Source: a phage. Taken from it: a stretch of 64,000 bases of DNA. The DNA lies in the sequence record NC_100327.1. One strand, 5' to 3'. Below, in pieces: positions 55,066 to 64,000 of the stretch (position 1 is the first letter of the stretch; each line of letters opens with the position of its first letter). Below the pieces are notes generated by a model. It did no database searches. It was not told the origin of the DNA and saw only the letters and a list, made by a program, of their open reading frames with translations. A program made the translations under genes and the position numbers.

Positions 55066-55650
55066 TTAGAGGGTAGGTCGCTCCGGGAAGAAAATGTCAG
55101 GGGCTTTAGATGTATCTATTTCAAGAAGTTTTACCCTGTACATTTTCAAATCTCTGATGTTACGTTTCTGGTCATCAGTAAGATCATATTCAAGGTCAAT
55201 CATGTCTTGATAGGCACCAATTCTAGCAGTAGCCCAAGCAAGTTCTGTCTCTATGACACCCTCTGCCTGTTGAACAAAGAATTCATTGTCTGTGACAAAT
55301 TCATCACCAACTAAACGCAAAGCGTCGTGGTGAAGCATAATGTTTTCTGGTACCTCTTCTTTTTTGGCGATAACCACACGAAGACCTGGAGCAGGCCATA
55401 AGGCATCAGGTTCTTCTGTAGATGTCTTAAGAATTCCCTTTTCGTCAACAAGTAGGAAGATACAACCCGGATTTTCTTGTCGTAATGTTCTTGACTGCAC
55501 ATACCAATCGCCATCATCATTACGTAAAAAATACCCAGTGTATGCGGTGTAGTCCTCAACCTCTTGAGGGGTCAGCTCTTTGGTTTCCTTGTTGGCGTGG
55601 TATTCGCCAGATCCCGGTTGGTAAAGTTTAAACTCTTGGAGTATTTTCAT
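55066..55650 (-). CDS. tail fibre assembly protein (Tfa-type chaperone)
   Basis: C-terminus LKMYRVKLLEIDTSKAPDIFFPERP matches the Tfa family signature; directly downstream of a fibre gene. Confidence 0.7.
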   Translation of the reverse strand: MKILQEFKLYQPGSGEYHANKETKELTPQEVEDYTAYTGYFLRNDDGDWYVQSRTLRQENPGCIFLLVDEKGILKTSTEEPDALWPAPGLRVVIAKKEEVPENIMLHHDALRLVGDEFVTDNEFFVQQAEGVIETELAWATARIGAYQDMIDLEYDLTDDQKRNIRDLKMYRVKLLEIDTSKAPDIFFPERPTL

Positions 55651-55664
55651 GCTAGTCCTCCGAT

Positions 55665-56705
55665 CTATGCATAATTAACAGTGATCCATTGACCATTTAC
55701 AAGTTTTTGTAAAGGTCCTGCCCAGTAAGTTGAACCACGCATCTCTTTTTTGTCACCGAAATGCCAGCCTGTGACAACGTAGCCATTGCGGATTGGAGAC
55801 TCAGAAACGCCGTCCACAAGTCTTGCACCGATTCTGATGTCTTGCACACCTGTCTGCGGGATAGTGATCGTTACATCACCGTTACCGTTAGCCGTCACCC
55901 CGTTCACAGAGCGCACCACATTTCTGTTACCGACAACACAGTGCTGGCTTCTTACAACCATACTGTCACAACTTGCACCACCATTAACATATACTGACCC
56001 AGCCGTCAACTGACTAGCCACATTACAGTTGGTGAATGTTGCGGTATTGCTGATAGTAAGGTTATTGCACCTCATGTTATCGACAACTTCAACATTGCCT
56101 ACCACTTTCAACAGCGCACGGTTAGCCGTGATCGCGTTAAGGTACATCAAAGTGAACTCCGGATTAATATCCGGTTGAGTTGGCTGGAATCTCCAACGAA
56201 ACGCATCTATTGTAGATGTGCCACCATCATCAAACGCCCCAGTATTATCACTTAACCCAAAGTCGAGAGTTGTCTTATCTGGGCCAATAGTTGTCTCTAT
56301 CCAAGCCTTATCTGTCTCGGCAGCTTTAAAGTTGATACGTTGCAAACCCAATGGGCCTGTCATTGTATCACCTGTAACTTTTACATACCTGGCGTCTGCC
56401 TCTTCCTTAGTAATAATCCCAAGGTTTCTACGGGCAACAGGAATGTTCAAAAGATCACTCAAGTTATTATCACGTACCAGATAACGGCCTTCTTGAGCGG
56501 GGATCTGCTCGTCAGCAATGTATTTTGCCCAAGTTCCGAGCATATTGAAAATATAGTTAAGTTCTTCACATGAGGGCTTTTGACCAAGATCCCAACCTTT
56601 TCTCCACAAATCATCAATCGGGCGTAGCCTGTTCTGTCTGTGGGTGTTAGGCAGAACCTGATCCTCCTCTGCCCAAATCTCTAATGGAAAACTAGGTTTT
56701 GACAT
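55665..56705 (-). CDS. tail fibre protein (346 aa)
   Basis: N-terminus FPLEIWAEED, C-terminus QKLVNGQWITVNYA; followed by the Tfa gene. Confidence 0.55.
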   Translation of the reverse strand: MSKPSFPLEIWAEEDQVLPNTHRQNRLRPIDDLWRKGWDLGQKPSCEELNYIFNMLGTWAKYIADEQIPAQEGRYLVRDNNLSDLLNIPVARRNLGIITKEEADARYVKVTGDTMTGPLGLQRINFKAAETDKAWIETTIGPDKTTLDFGLSDNTGAFDDGGTSTIDAFRWRFQPTQPDINPEFTLMYLNAITANRALLKVVGNVEVVDNMRCNNLTISNTATFTNCNVASQLTAGSVYVNGGASCDSMVVRSQHCVVGNRNVVRSVNGVTANGNGDVTITIPQTGVQDIRIGARLVDGVSESPIRNGYVVTGWHFGDKKEMRGSTYWAGPLQKLVNGQWITVNYA

Positions 56706-56717
56706 TTTATCTCCTGA

Positions 56718-58790
56718 TTATGAGAAGTCTGGCGGGACAACATCTTCTACATACCCTTTCAGAGCAACCTGCCCCATATGAAGCACGGTAGAATCTCTAG
56801 CGGTAACAGTGATGCTGTCAGACATTACTTGCGGGTATGCCCACACATACTGTTTTACCTCAGGGTATCTATACTCTATAGTTGCCATGTTTCCGCAAAT
56901 ACATCTCCATAAAAATTCTTGGTAATTCCTAGTTGGGTCGTAACCATATACCGGAGCAAGCTCTTTACTAGGAACGAACCCTGTAAGGTATTGTATTTCA
57001 GACGGTTGCCAACCTAACTTAACGATAGGTATGTTTACAGACTCTTTTGCCTTTTCAATACCTCCCTGCATCACCCAATCGTAGCACTCGGTGCAGAAGA
57101 AATCAAGAGCACCTGCTTCCTTTTTATATTGGTCAGCAAGGTTAAGCTTTTGCGTAAGCTCGGTTTCCATAATGGTTGGGAAAAACAGCAGAGCTGTCAT
57201 CTGAGCTGATGCAGCGTGTGCCTTTATTGCCTTTGAAATAGCAGCAATACGAGCGCCAAGCTTACCACGACAAAATGCTACATACTTATCGTAAACACCG
57301 CCAGTTTTAGGATCGTCAATAGTCCCAATATCTAATGCATACTCGCCTGTCTCATCATAAAACGCCTGTTTTGTAGGGTAATCATAAATACAAGGTCTAC
57401 GAGTATCGGTATTGTACCACCACCACGGTTCACCAACCTGCATAATCACTGGCAGGTTGTTTCTCATAGCGGCTGATGCAAAATTCTTAAATACTGCAGT
57501 AAGGAAATTCATACCCTCTTCAATGGTTGGAGACAGGAGGTAGCTACAAGGTGTATACCCTGTTTTAGCGTAGTTATCGTTCCAGTCTCTTTGGGTCCAT
57601 TCCAACGGGCAGGCATCGCTGAAAAGCTCAAAACTTACAGATTGCATAACGTCGAAGTTATGTCGTTTGGCATTGTACATAAAATCATCATGCCATTTAT
57701 AAGCTGCAGCGTTTAGCGCTCCTGTTCTGTTTATAGACCATTGGGTTCCTGACCATGTGTAGTCATAATAATGACTCATACCAACATAATGGTTTATGGT
57801 TCCGGTATAGCCCAGACGCTTGATATTGTTCAACACCCTTAAAGGGGACACGTTCCACATATCGTCATATGCGGTGCAGATCCCAACGTCGTGCTCTCTC
57901 ACCTGGATATTATTAAGTTGCATCATTTTCCAGCCTGTGTCTGGCTGAAGCAGATCTAGGCGCAACTCACACTCTACATTTTCCGTTCTTGGATCTGTGC
58001 TATTACTTACCCAGTCTTTAGGCATAAGTGGTATTAAAATCCTTCTCACCTGCCGAGGATCAACACCCATCATGTTGTTGTTCTGGTCCATCCCGACGCA
58101 GTCCTCAAAATCAATATGAATTTCTGCAACATTTTTATCCTCTGAGATGCTGACAGCATATTGAGCTAAAGGAACATAGATGATTGTGCCATCAACAAGG
58201 TCTACAGTCATAATCATCTTTTCAGGAGTGGAGAAGTTGCTGGCGTTGGTTATTGACATTCTGAACCAAAGCTTGGTGTTTCTCATCTCATAGTGATCAT
58301 CAAACCCAATACCGAAATGGTCATACTTGTCAACTGTTTCCCAAATGCACCCAGCCATACCTCCATATGTTCTTGACACTAAACGGTTAATACAACAGTT
58401 GTTATCTGCAACAATACAGGTACTTTCAGTCTGCTGAGTGGTTGTAACCCAATATCTTGGGTGAAACATTCTCTCCTCAACAGTATCCCAAGATATCCTG
58501 TCAAGATTCTCATCTGAAACTATTGTACATTTCGCCCTTTGTGTTCCAATCATCACTCCTTGAGATTTTGATGAAAACTCCATAAAGAAGCTTCTTGGCA
58601 ACCTGTTGGGTAATTTGTCAACAATTTCCACTGGGATCTCAATACTGGTTGCCCCAACTGGGATAGTTACATCGCCCTCAACATGATCATAATCTCTACC
58701 AGGAACGGCAGTATCCTGAACTGTGCGGTAATGAAACTGTGCAGCCATTGTAGAGTAATCACGGTAAGGTTTAAAAACAGCTGTTGCCAT
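56718..58790 (-). CDS. putative tail/baseplate-associated structural protein (690 aa)
   Basis: Long ORF in the structural operon; aromatic-rich. Confidence 0.4.
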   Translation of the reverse strand: MATAVFKPYRDYSTMAAQFHYRTVQDTAVPGRDYDHVEGDVTIPVGATSIEIPVEIVDKLPNRLPRSFFMEFSSKSQGVMIGTQRAKCTIVSDENLDRISWDTVEERMFHPRYWVTTTQQTESTCIVADNNCCINRLVSRTYGGMAGCIWETVDKYDHFGIGFDDHYEMRNTKLWFRMSITNASNFSTPEKMIMTVDLVDGTIIYVPLAQYAVSISEDKNVAEIHIDFEDCVGMDQNNNMMGVDPRQVRRILIPLMPKDWVSNSTDPRTENVECELRLDLLQPDTGWKMMQLNNIQVREHDVGICTAYDDMWNVSPLRVLNNIKRLGYTGTINHYVGMSHYYDYTWSGTQWSINRTGALNAAAYKWHDDFMYNAKRHNFDVMQSVSFELFSDACPLEWTQRDWNDNYAKTGYTPCSYLLSPTIEEGMNFLTAVFKNFASAAMRNNLPVIMQVGEPWWWYNTDTRRPCIYDYPTKQAFYDETGEYALDIGTIDDPKTGGVYDKYVAFCRGKLGARIAAISKAIKAHAASAQMTALLFFPTIMETELTQKLNLADQYKKEAGALDFFCTECYDWVMQGGIEKAKESVNIPIVKLGWQPSEIQYLTGFVPSKELAPVYGYDPTRNYQEFLWRCICGNMATIEYRYPEVKQYVWAYPQVMSDSITVTARDSTVLHMGQVALKGYVEDVVPPDFS

Positions 58791-59476
58791 TAACCCTCCT
58801 GTCTAGTTGCGTTTACTGTAATACTTTCACAATAAATGGTTGTGGTGTCCCAATCAGGTCTTACGTCAGGAACATATAGCAAAGTAGCCAGCCCACCAAC
58901 TCCGAATTGGTTTTCTTCCCACACTGATCCGAAGCCCAGAGCTGTAGAGTCCCCTTCAAAACCAAAAGCTTGCCCTTGCGATTCTGTAAGACGCAAATGA
59001 CAAGGCAATGGTAGCATATCTAAGATCTGATCGATAGACTGCAATATGTCAAAGCAAGTTTTTCTAATATTTATGTCAAACCTGAAGTTGTCTCCTTTCC
59101 ACGTATCGAAATTGTCTCTTCCGAACAATTGTCGCAAGGTGGAGATGACATCTTCGCGAGTCCCGCCCCTTGATGCTGCGGCCTGCTGAATAATTAGTGT
59201 GGCACGAAAATCAGCATCTGAAAGTCCATTCCTAAGAATACCAAGTTGATTACCAACTTCGTCAAGGTATCTTCCGCTGGCATTGTTAAGCAATCTTCCT
59301 TCAGCCAAACCTACCAGCATCTTATCAACATCCTCCAACCTTTTAAGGTATACGGTTAAGAATGTGACTAAATTAACCTTCTCAGCCAGAAAATCTCCAG
59401 GTAGGTAGTCAAGACCTCCCTGAACAAAATCTGGCAGAGTGTGGATGTGGTTAACATCCGACTTAATCTCTGCCAT
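58790..59476 (-). CDS. putative baseplate protein (228 aa)
   Basis: Coupled to flanking structural genes. Confidence 0.4.
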   Translation of the reverse strand: MAEIKSDVNHIHTLPDFVQGGLDYLPGDFLAEKVNLVTFLTVYLKRLEDVDKMLVGLAEGRLLNNASGRYLDEVGNQLGILRNGLSDADFRATLIIQQAAASRGGTREDVISTLRQLFGRDNFDTWKGDNFRFDINIRKTCFDILQSIDQILDMLPLPCHLRLTESQGQAFGFEGDSTALGFGSVWEENQFGVGGLATLLYVPDVRPDWDTTTIYCESITVNATRQEG

Positions 59477-59487
59477 ATCTCGACGCC

Positions 59488-60978
59488 TTAAATAGTTTGT
59501 TGGAAAGTTATATTACTTTCGTCGAGGTCAAACACCTCGGTCATGTTCGCAACAATATCGTTTGTAGTGTAAGCTTCATCAGAAGCTCCTACGGATTTAA
59601 CTTGAATTACCAGTCTATTAAATCTGCCTATTGACACAGCAGCGGATGCAGCACCGACCAATTGGATATTGTATAACGTATCTGCAACATCCAGTCCGTT
59701 AACAACCTGCAAAAGAGCCTCTACAATGGCATCTTTTTCGGTTGTGGAAAGCGCAGCACCGGAGTAGGTAATTCTTACATCCAAGCGGTAGGTATTTGCC
59801 TTGGAGTAATAAATTCTTTCAGTTTGACCGTCAGATGTAGTGACATCGTAGAAAATATTACCATAAGTCCTGTTCGTACAGGCTATAGTTTGGTAAAGTG
59901 CTTGGCAAATGTCCTCCGTTGCACCACCAAACACAACCACTTGGAACTTGTAAGGAGGTATACCTTTAGCATCAGTTTTATCAGTGTTGTTGGAGAACAC
60001 TCTCACTTTCTCAACACCTTTCACCTCGCTTACAGCGCTAAGGATTGCAGGACGGGTAGCCTTCGATGTTAACTGTTTTGTGCTGGAAGCTCTTAAGCGA
60101 TACTCTGAGTCTTTCTCAACATCCCTGCCCTCATTGAATCTTTCTCTGTTGGTAAGCTTGATAAATCCACTGGGAGTAGGTGACATTGTTGTCACGGTTT
60201 CTGCCTCTCTTGACAGCTCACCAGCCTCGTTAGCGATAACATCTAGGGTGATAGTTCTTTCCCCTACAATCGGAGATACTCTGAAATCTACCCTACTATT
60301 AAGTCCAACTTGATCAAGATTCGAATTGTACCCTATCCACAACGTTCCTGTCAACATATCGATCTGAATCAAATCGTCGTTCAACAGGGTTGTATTATCG
60401 ACAATGAACTGCTTAATCTCTCCGTAAAAGCTTGGCAGATCAGAGGAGTCCAGAGACTTATCTGTTAAAACCAGACTTTTTGTTTTGATACTTCCATCTG
60501 TCTGGTTGGTGATTTGAAAGTTGTATTTACCAATCCTTAGGTCTGGAGCATTTATTCTGTGGGCAATAAGATTCCCTGCCACCTGCACATCATTGCTAAG
60601 AACAAAGTTGCCACTATCCAGCGTATAAGTTTTGGAATCATAAATCATATTGTACGGCACAGTTGTGTTGATTGTCAACTGGCAGGTACCTGATGATTTA
60701 GAACGGCCTCTTCGGTAAATACCCTGTCTTCCAAGAAGCTCATCCAGGTAAATACCTTCTGCCCCATACAGCGTCTGTGATGCGTATACAGATGCTGCCA
60801 TAAGAATAAGTTGATACTCTCGCTCGTTGAAGATAGTGGTCAGCTTATCTGCAACGGAGTTACTCTGTACGTTGAAGTTTTCGCCAAAAGCACGGATCAG
60901 GCTTTGCTTAGTTTCAACGATTAGGTCATTTAGGGTTGGTATAACGAAACCAGCCTCTGTCAATCCATACTTAGCCAC
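59488..60978 (-). CDS. putative baseplate protein (496 aa, J-like by position)
   Basis: Lies between the hub/central-fibre gene and the fibre genes. Confidence 0.4.
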   Translation of the reverse strand: MAKYGLTEAGFVIPTLNDLIVETKQSLIRAFGENFNVQSNSVADKLTTIFNEREYQLILMAASVYASQTLYGAEGIYLDELLGRQGIYRRGRSKSSGTCQLTINTTVPYNMIYDSKTYTLDSGNFVLSNDVQVAGNLIAHRINAPDLRIGKYNFQITNQTDGSIKTKSLVLTDKSLDSSDLPSFYGEIKQFIVDNTTLLNDDLIQIDMLTGTLWIGYNSNLDQVGLNSRVDFRVSPIVGERTITLDVIANEAGELSREAETVTTMSPTPSGFIKLTNRERFNEGRDVEKDSEYRLRASSTKQLTSKATRPAILSAVSEVKGVEKVRVFSNNTDKTDAKGIPPYKFQVVVFGGATEDICQALYQTIACTNRTYGNIFYDVTTSDGQTERIYYSKANTYRLDVRITYSGAALSTTEKDAIVEALLQVVNGLDVADTLYNIQLVGAASAAVSIGRFNRLVIQVKSVGASDEAYTTNDIVANMTEVFDLDESNITFQQTI

Positions 60979-61044
60979 GTCACTCCTCCGGTATGAAAAT
61001 CTCTACAAGGTATTTTACCAAATTTTGTAACAATAGTCAATCTG

Positions 61045-61076
61045 AGCATAAAAATAAACCCCGCCGAAGCGGGGCT
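61045..61076 (-). terminator. Rho-independent terminator-like hairpin
   Basis: Hairpin ccccgccgaagcgggg followed by TTTATTTTTATG on the minus strand. Confidence 0.45.
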
Positions 61077-61083
61077 TTAAAGG

Positions 61084-64000
61084 TTAGTCGTGAGACTCGT
61101 TCCAAGGTCCCTGGAAGCTAGAGTTTGAACGACTTACTATCACAGTAGGACAGGAAATTGTGACACCTGTCACGCTCGACGTTGACCACGGTGTGTAAAT
61201 CTCGATAACAATGTCTATAGTTTGTTCACCAAGACCTGTTATCCCTACCGCACACATGCCGTTGTTGTCGTTAAAATACTTCTTGCCAGCAAGGATCTGA
61301 TGACCAGCTATCCATGCATTCAGTTGGGAGCTGGCAAGAGTACCATTCAGTTTAAAGAAGAATGTTACGTTCTTACCCTGACCTGAAACGTTATCTACGT
61401 ATCTCCACCTCCAACGGCAAACCCTTTGCTGGGAGTTATATACTGGAGCACAATCCCCGTAAGTCCTGTGTGCAACAATTGCACCTTCGAACTGGTTAGC
61501 ACGGATAACAGAAGCTTCTACACGACCACGGAAGGTACCTCCGGTTGCATCTATGGTGCCCCTAAAGCTACCATTATTGGCATAAACATCCCCACGGAAG
61601 GTACCACTAGTGGCGTTAACTGCCCCTGTGAAGTTACCAGAACTAGCGTTGATGTTGCCTTTCACCCACACATCCATAAATTGGGCGTGCCCGTTCTTGT
61701 TAATATACCAACCGTATTTATGGTACCCGTTGCCATCGTAGTTGTTTGACGAAATTTCTTGTGCAATCTTAGCAGAGGAGATCGTGCCATTCTCTATAAA
61801 AGCGTCTTTCAAGAACGCTTGGTTGTTCTTGATTGCGAAAGCAAGGGTTGCTGTTCCATTGCCAGGGTTGTATACCGCAAAATTGTTTGCGCTAACCATG
61901 AAGTAGGATTGAACTTGGCCTCCAGACCCTTCCATCCCCAACTGAATACCTGCAACATATTTATTCCCTGCGGAGTCTACCTGTATTTTTGTGCCCCATT
62001 GAGCATTTACTTTACCCTCTAAGTCGGTTACAGCCTTAGATGTTGTAGCTACTGCAGCCCTGATCTCAGACACATCCCCAACATCATCAATGATCTCCTG
62101 CTTAGCAACAGCAAGTTCTTGACGAATAGCTGACGCTGTGCCGTTGATAAGGTCCACAGTGGCTTTATTGGTATCGGAAATTGTAGCATCCAGCGCTGTT
62201 TTTGTGGAGGTCAGTTTTCCATCCAAAGCATCAATCGCTTGCTTGTTGGTAGAAATCTCCCCACGTGCAGAAGTTATCTGCTCTGACAGTGCAGATGTTT
62301 TCTGATTCAACAAGTCAGTGGTGGCCTTGTTGGTATTGGCAATCAAGGTGTTGAGGTCAGTTTTTGCGGTAGTTATCTTGCCGTCAAGGGTGGTATAGTT
62401 TTTAGATACCGTCGCGTTTGTCTGACTAATCTTTTGATCCAGAGTTTCAGATGTCCTGTTCAAAAGATCCACAGTGGCCTGGTTAGTGCTCAAGATGCTT
62501 GCGTCAAGTTCTGTTCTCTGAGTATTGATCTTACCATCCAGAGTTTTATCTCCGGCTAAATACCCGCTCTCAACTCCCTCTATCTGCTCTACCAGCTCAC
62601 CTTTGGCGGCAACCAATTTCTCATCTAAAGCCTCTGTCTTTTTGTTCAGAAGATCAGTAGTTGCTTTATTGGTTGTCTCAATCAGGGATGCCAATCTTCC
62701 ACTTTCAGTGTTCAGATCGTTGGTGAACTTGTTCTGTGCAGCAACAAGTTTCCTATCCAGCGCTGTGATATTGCCATTGACATCCTCAAACTTCTGAGTT
62801 GTCTCTGTAACTACCGCACCTATTCTGTCTCCAAGTTGCTGGAATGCCTCATCTACCCTACCATCCATGTACCTGTTAAGTTCTGTGACACGATTTTCAA
62901 CCTCTTCAATAGAGGAATCCAAAGTGCTCATCAACTCTTTATAAGTTTCTGTCTTTTTGAATTCAGCATCTATCTGAGGCATCAAATCCTCAATAGAGGT
63001 GTAGCAGCGTGCAGCGCATTCTACAAACTGAGAACTACCAAAAGCGTTTGTGGTTCGAATATACCAATAATAAACCTTATCGTTCTGCAGACCTTCAGAT
63101 GTCCAAGTTGAACCAACACCCATACGGGTGGCGTTTGAAGTAACGGTTGCATCACTGGTGTCGGGCAACCTTGTCATACCGGATGTCCAAAAGTCATACT
63201 GGGTGCTAACACTTGCTAAATCCCTACTATGCGGAATCAAGGTGATAGCAAAGTATCCTTGCTTAACCTCTACAGAAACCGGAGCTTCAGGTGCCTGAAT
63301 GTTAAACTCACAATACGCTTCTGGAGATACACCACCTTTATAAGATGTTGCAACAACAGTGGCTGTGTAGGAACCTTTAGTCAGACCTTCAACACGGACA
63401 AACTGCTCAACTGTCTGTGCTGTCCAAACAATCTCTCCGTTCTTTCTTACCTGCACAATATTTTGAGCGTAAGTCCCAACGTTGTCCCAGGCCAAAACAC
63501 CGTGAGTTACTTCCCCAGCTTGGAGAACGGAGTATCTGAAGTTTTGCGGCTGAGCTACACCGGACGGGGATATCGGAATATCTACATCGCCGGAATCCGG
63601 AAGTTGCCCTGTGGCATCATTCCACTCTTTAGCATCTTGACGAAGTTTTACCTTGACACCGCCCTTTTTGGTGAACTCCCATTCAAGAACCCTCATTTCT
63701 TGGCCCACGATACCAATACTTGGGAGGTCCATTGTAACATAACGGCCAGGCTTAAATTTAAAACCTCGCATATTGCAGGTGACTTCAATAATCCTGCCAG
63801 CTCTAGCACGTCTTAGGAAGATTGCAGAAACACGCTGAGCTTGATAAGGACTGGTAACAAAGCGATAATCTATATCGATTATCTTTCTTTCTCCATCCTT
63901 CTCTACCCACTCTGGGACAAATACTGATGGAAAATCTGTTTCAGAATACCCTTTAGTCGGACTGGTGAATCTGCCAGTTATTGTGTTGGATCTTTTGTCA
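61084..64000 (-). CDS. central tail fibre/host-specificity (J-like) protein, 5' end beyond the window
   Basis: The frame stays open upstream of the track ATG at 63771 to the window edge; FN3-like segment (YYWYIRTTNAFGSSQF) then coiled-coil repeats with recurring TDLLN. Confidence 0.55.
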   Translation of the reverse strand, partial: DKRSNTITGRFTSPTKGYSETDFPSVFVPEWVEKDGERKIIDIDYRFVTSPYQAQRVSAIFLRRARAGRIIEVTCNMRGFKFKPGRYVTMDLPSIGIVGQEMRVLEWEFTKKGGVKVKLRQDAKEWNDATGQLPDSGDVDIPISPSGVAQPQNFRYSVLQAGEVTHGVLAWDNVGTYAQNIVQVRKNGEIVWTAQTVEQFVRVEGLTKGSYTATVVATSYKGGVSPEAYCEFNIQAPEAPVSVEVKQGYFAITLIPHSRDLASVSTQYDFWTSGMTRLPDTSDATVTSNATRMGVGSTWTSEGLQNDKVYYWYIRTTNAFGSSQFVECAARCYTSIEDLMPQIDAEFKKTETYKELMSTLDSSIEEVENRVTELNRYMDGRVDEAFQQLGDRIGAVVTETTQKFEDVNGNITALDRKLVAAQNKFTNDLNTESGRLASLIETTNKATTDLLNKKTEALDEKLVAAKGELVEQIEGVESGYLAGDKTLDGKINTQRTELDASILSTNQATVDLLNRTSETLDQKISQTNATVSKNYTTLDGKITTAKTDLNTLIANTNKATTDLLNQKTSALSEQITSARGEISTNKQAIDALDGKLTSTKTALDATISDTNKATVDLINGTASAIRQELAVAKQEIIDDVGDVSEIRAAVATTSKAVTDLEGKVNAQWGTKIQVDSAGNKYVAGIQLGMEGSGGQVQSYFMVSANNFAVYNPGNGTATLAFAIKNNQAFLKDAFIENGTISSAKIAQEISSNNYDGNGYHKYGWYINKNGHAQFMDVWVKGNINASSGNFTGAVNATSGTFRGDVYANNGSFRGTIDATGGTFRGRVEASVIRANQFEGAIVAHRTYGDCAPVYNSQQRVCRWRWRYVDNVSGQGKNVTFFFKLNGTLASSQLNAWIAGHQILAGKKYFNDNNGMCAVGITGLGEQTIDIVIEIYTPWSTSSVTGVTISCPTVIVSRSNSSFQGPWNESHD

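Overview
This window reads as a contiguous piece of a virulent tailed-phage genome, with no integrase, rRNA, tRNA or CRISPR array found by eye. It has four transcriptional blocks. (1) 1505-11040, minus strand: about 28 small early genes, most preceded by a sigma70-type promoter (TTGACA/TTGCAA, 16-18 bp spacer, TATAAT-like -10), often a GC-rich 5' hairpin, then an RBS. (2) 12197-38730, minus strand: small paralogous genes, a macro-domain protein, an SSB-like protein, a T7-like replication module (family A DNA polymerase, frameshifted HNH-AP2 homing endonuclease, DnaB-like helicase, TOPRIM primase), two DNA methyltransferases, a Dda-like helicase, rIIA/rIIB-like genes, a SleB-family cell wall hydrolase and a MoxR-like AAA ATPase. 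(3) 38807-45841, plus strand: an accessory island with an HExxH-vWA protein, four tandem small paralogs and a HAD phosphatase. (4) 45889-64000, minus strand: tail, baseplate and fibre genes, including a 1878-aa protein, two paralogous fibres with a Tfa chaperone, and a J-like protein running off the window end. Two repeat-rich non-coding regions (1-1500 and 11040-12200) carry iteron-like repeats and a conserved promoter-proximal GC-rich element. No single complete novel system can be proven from sequence alone; the strongest candidates are listed as findings. All calls rest on motif reading by eye; no database search was run.
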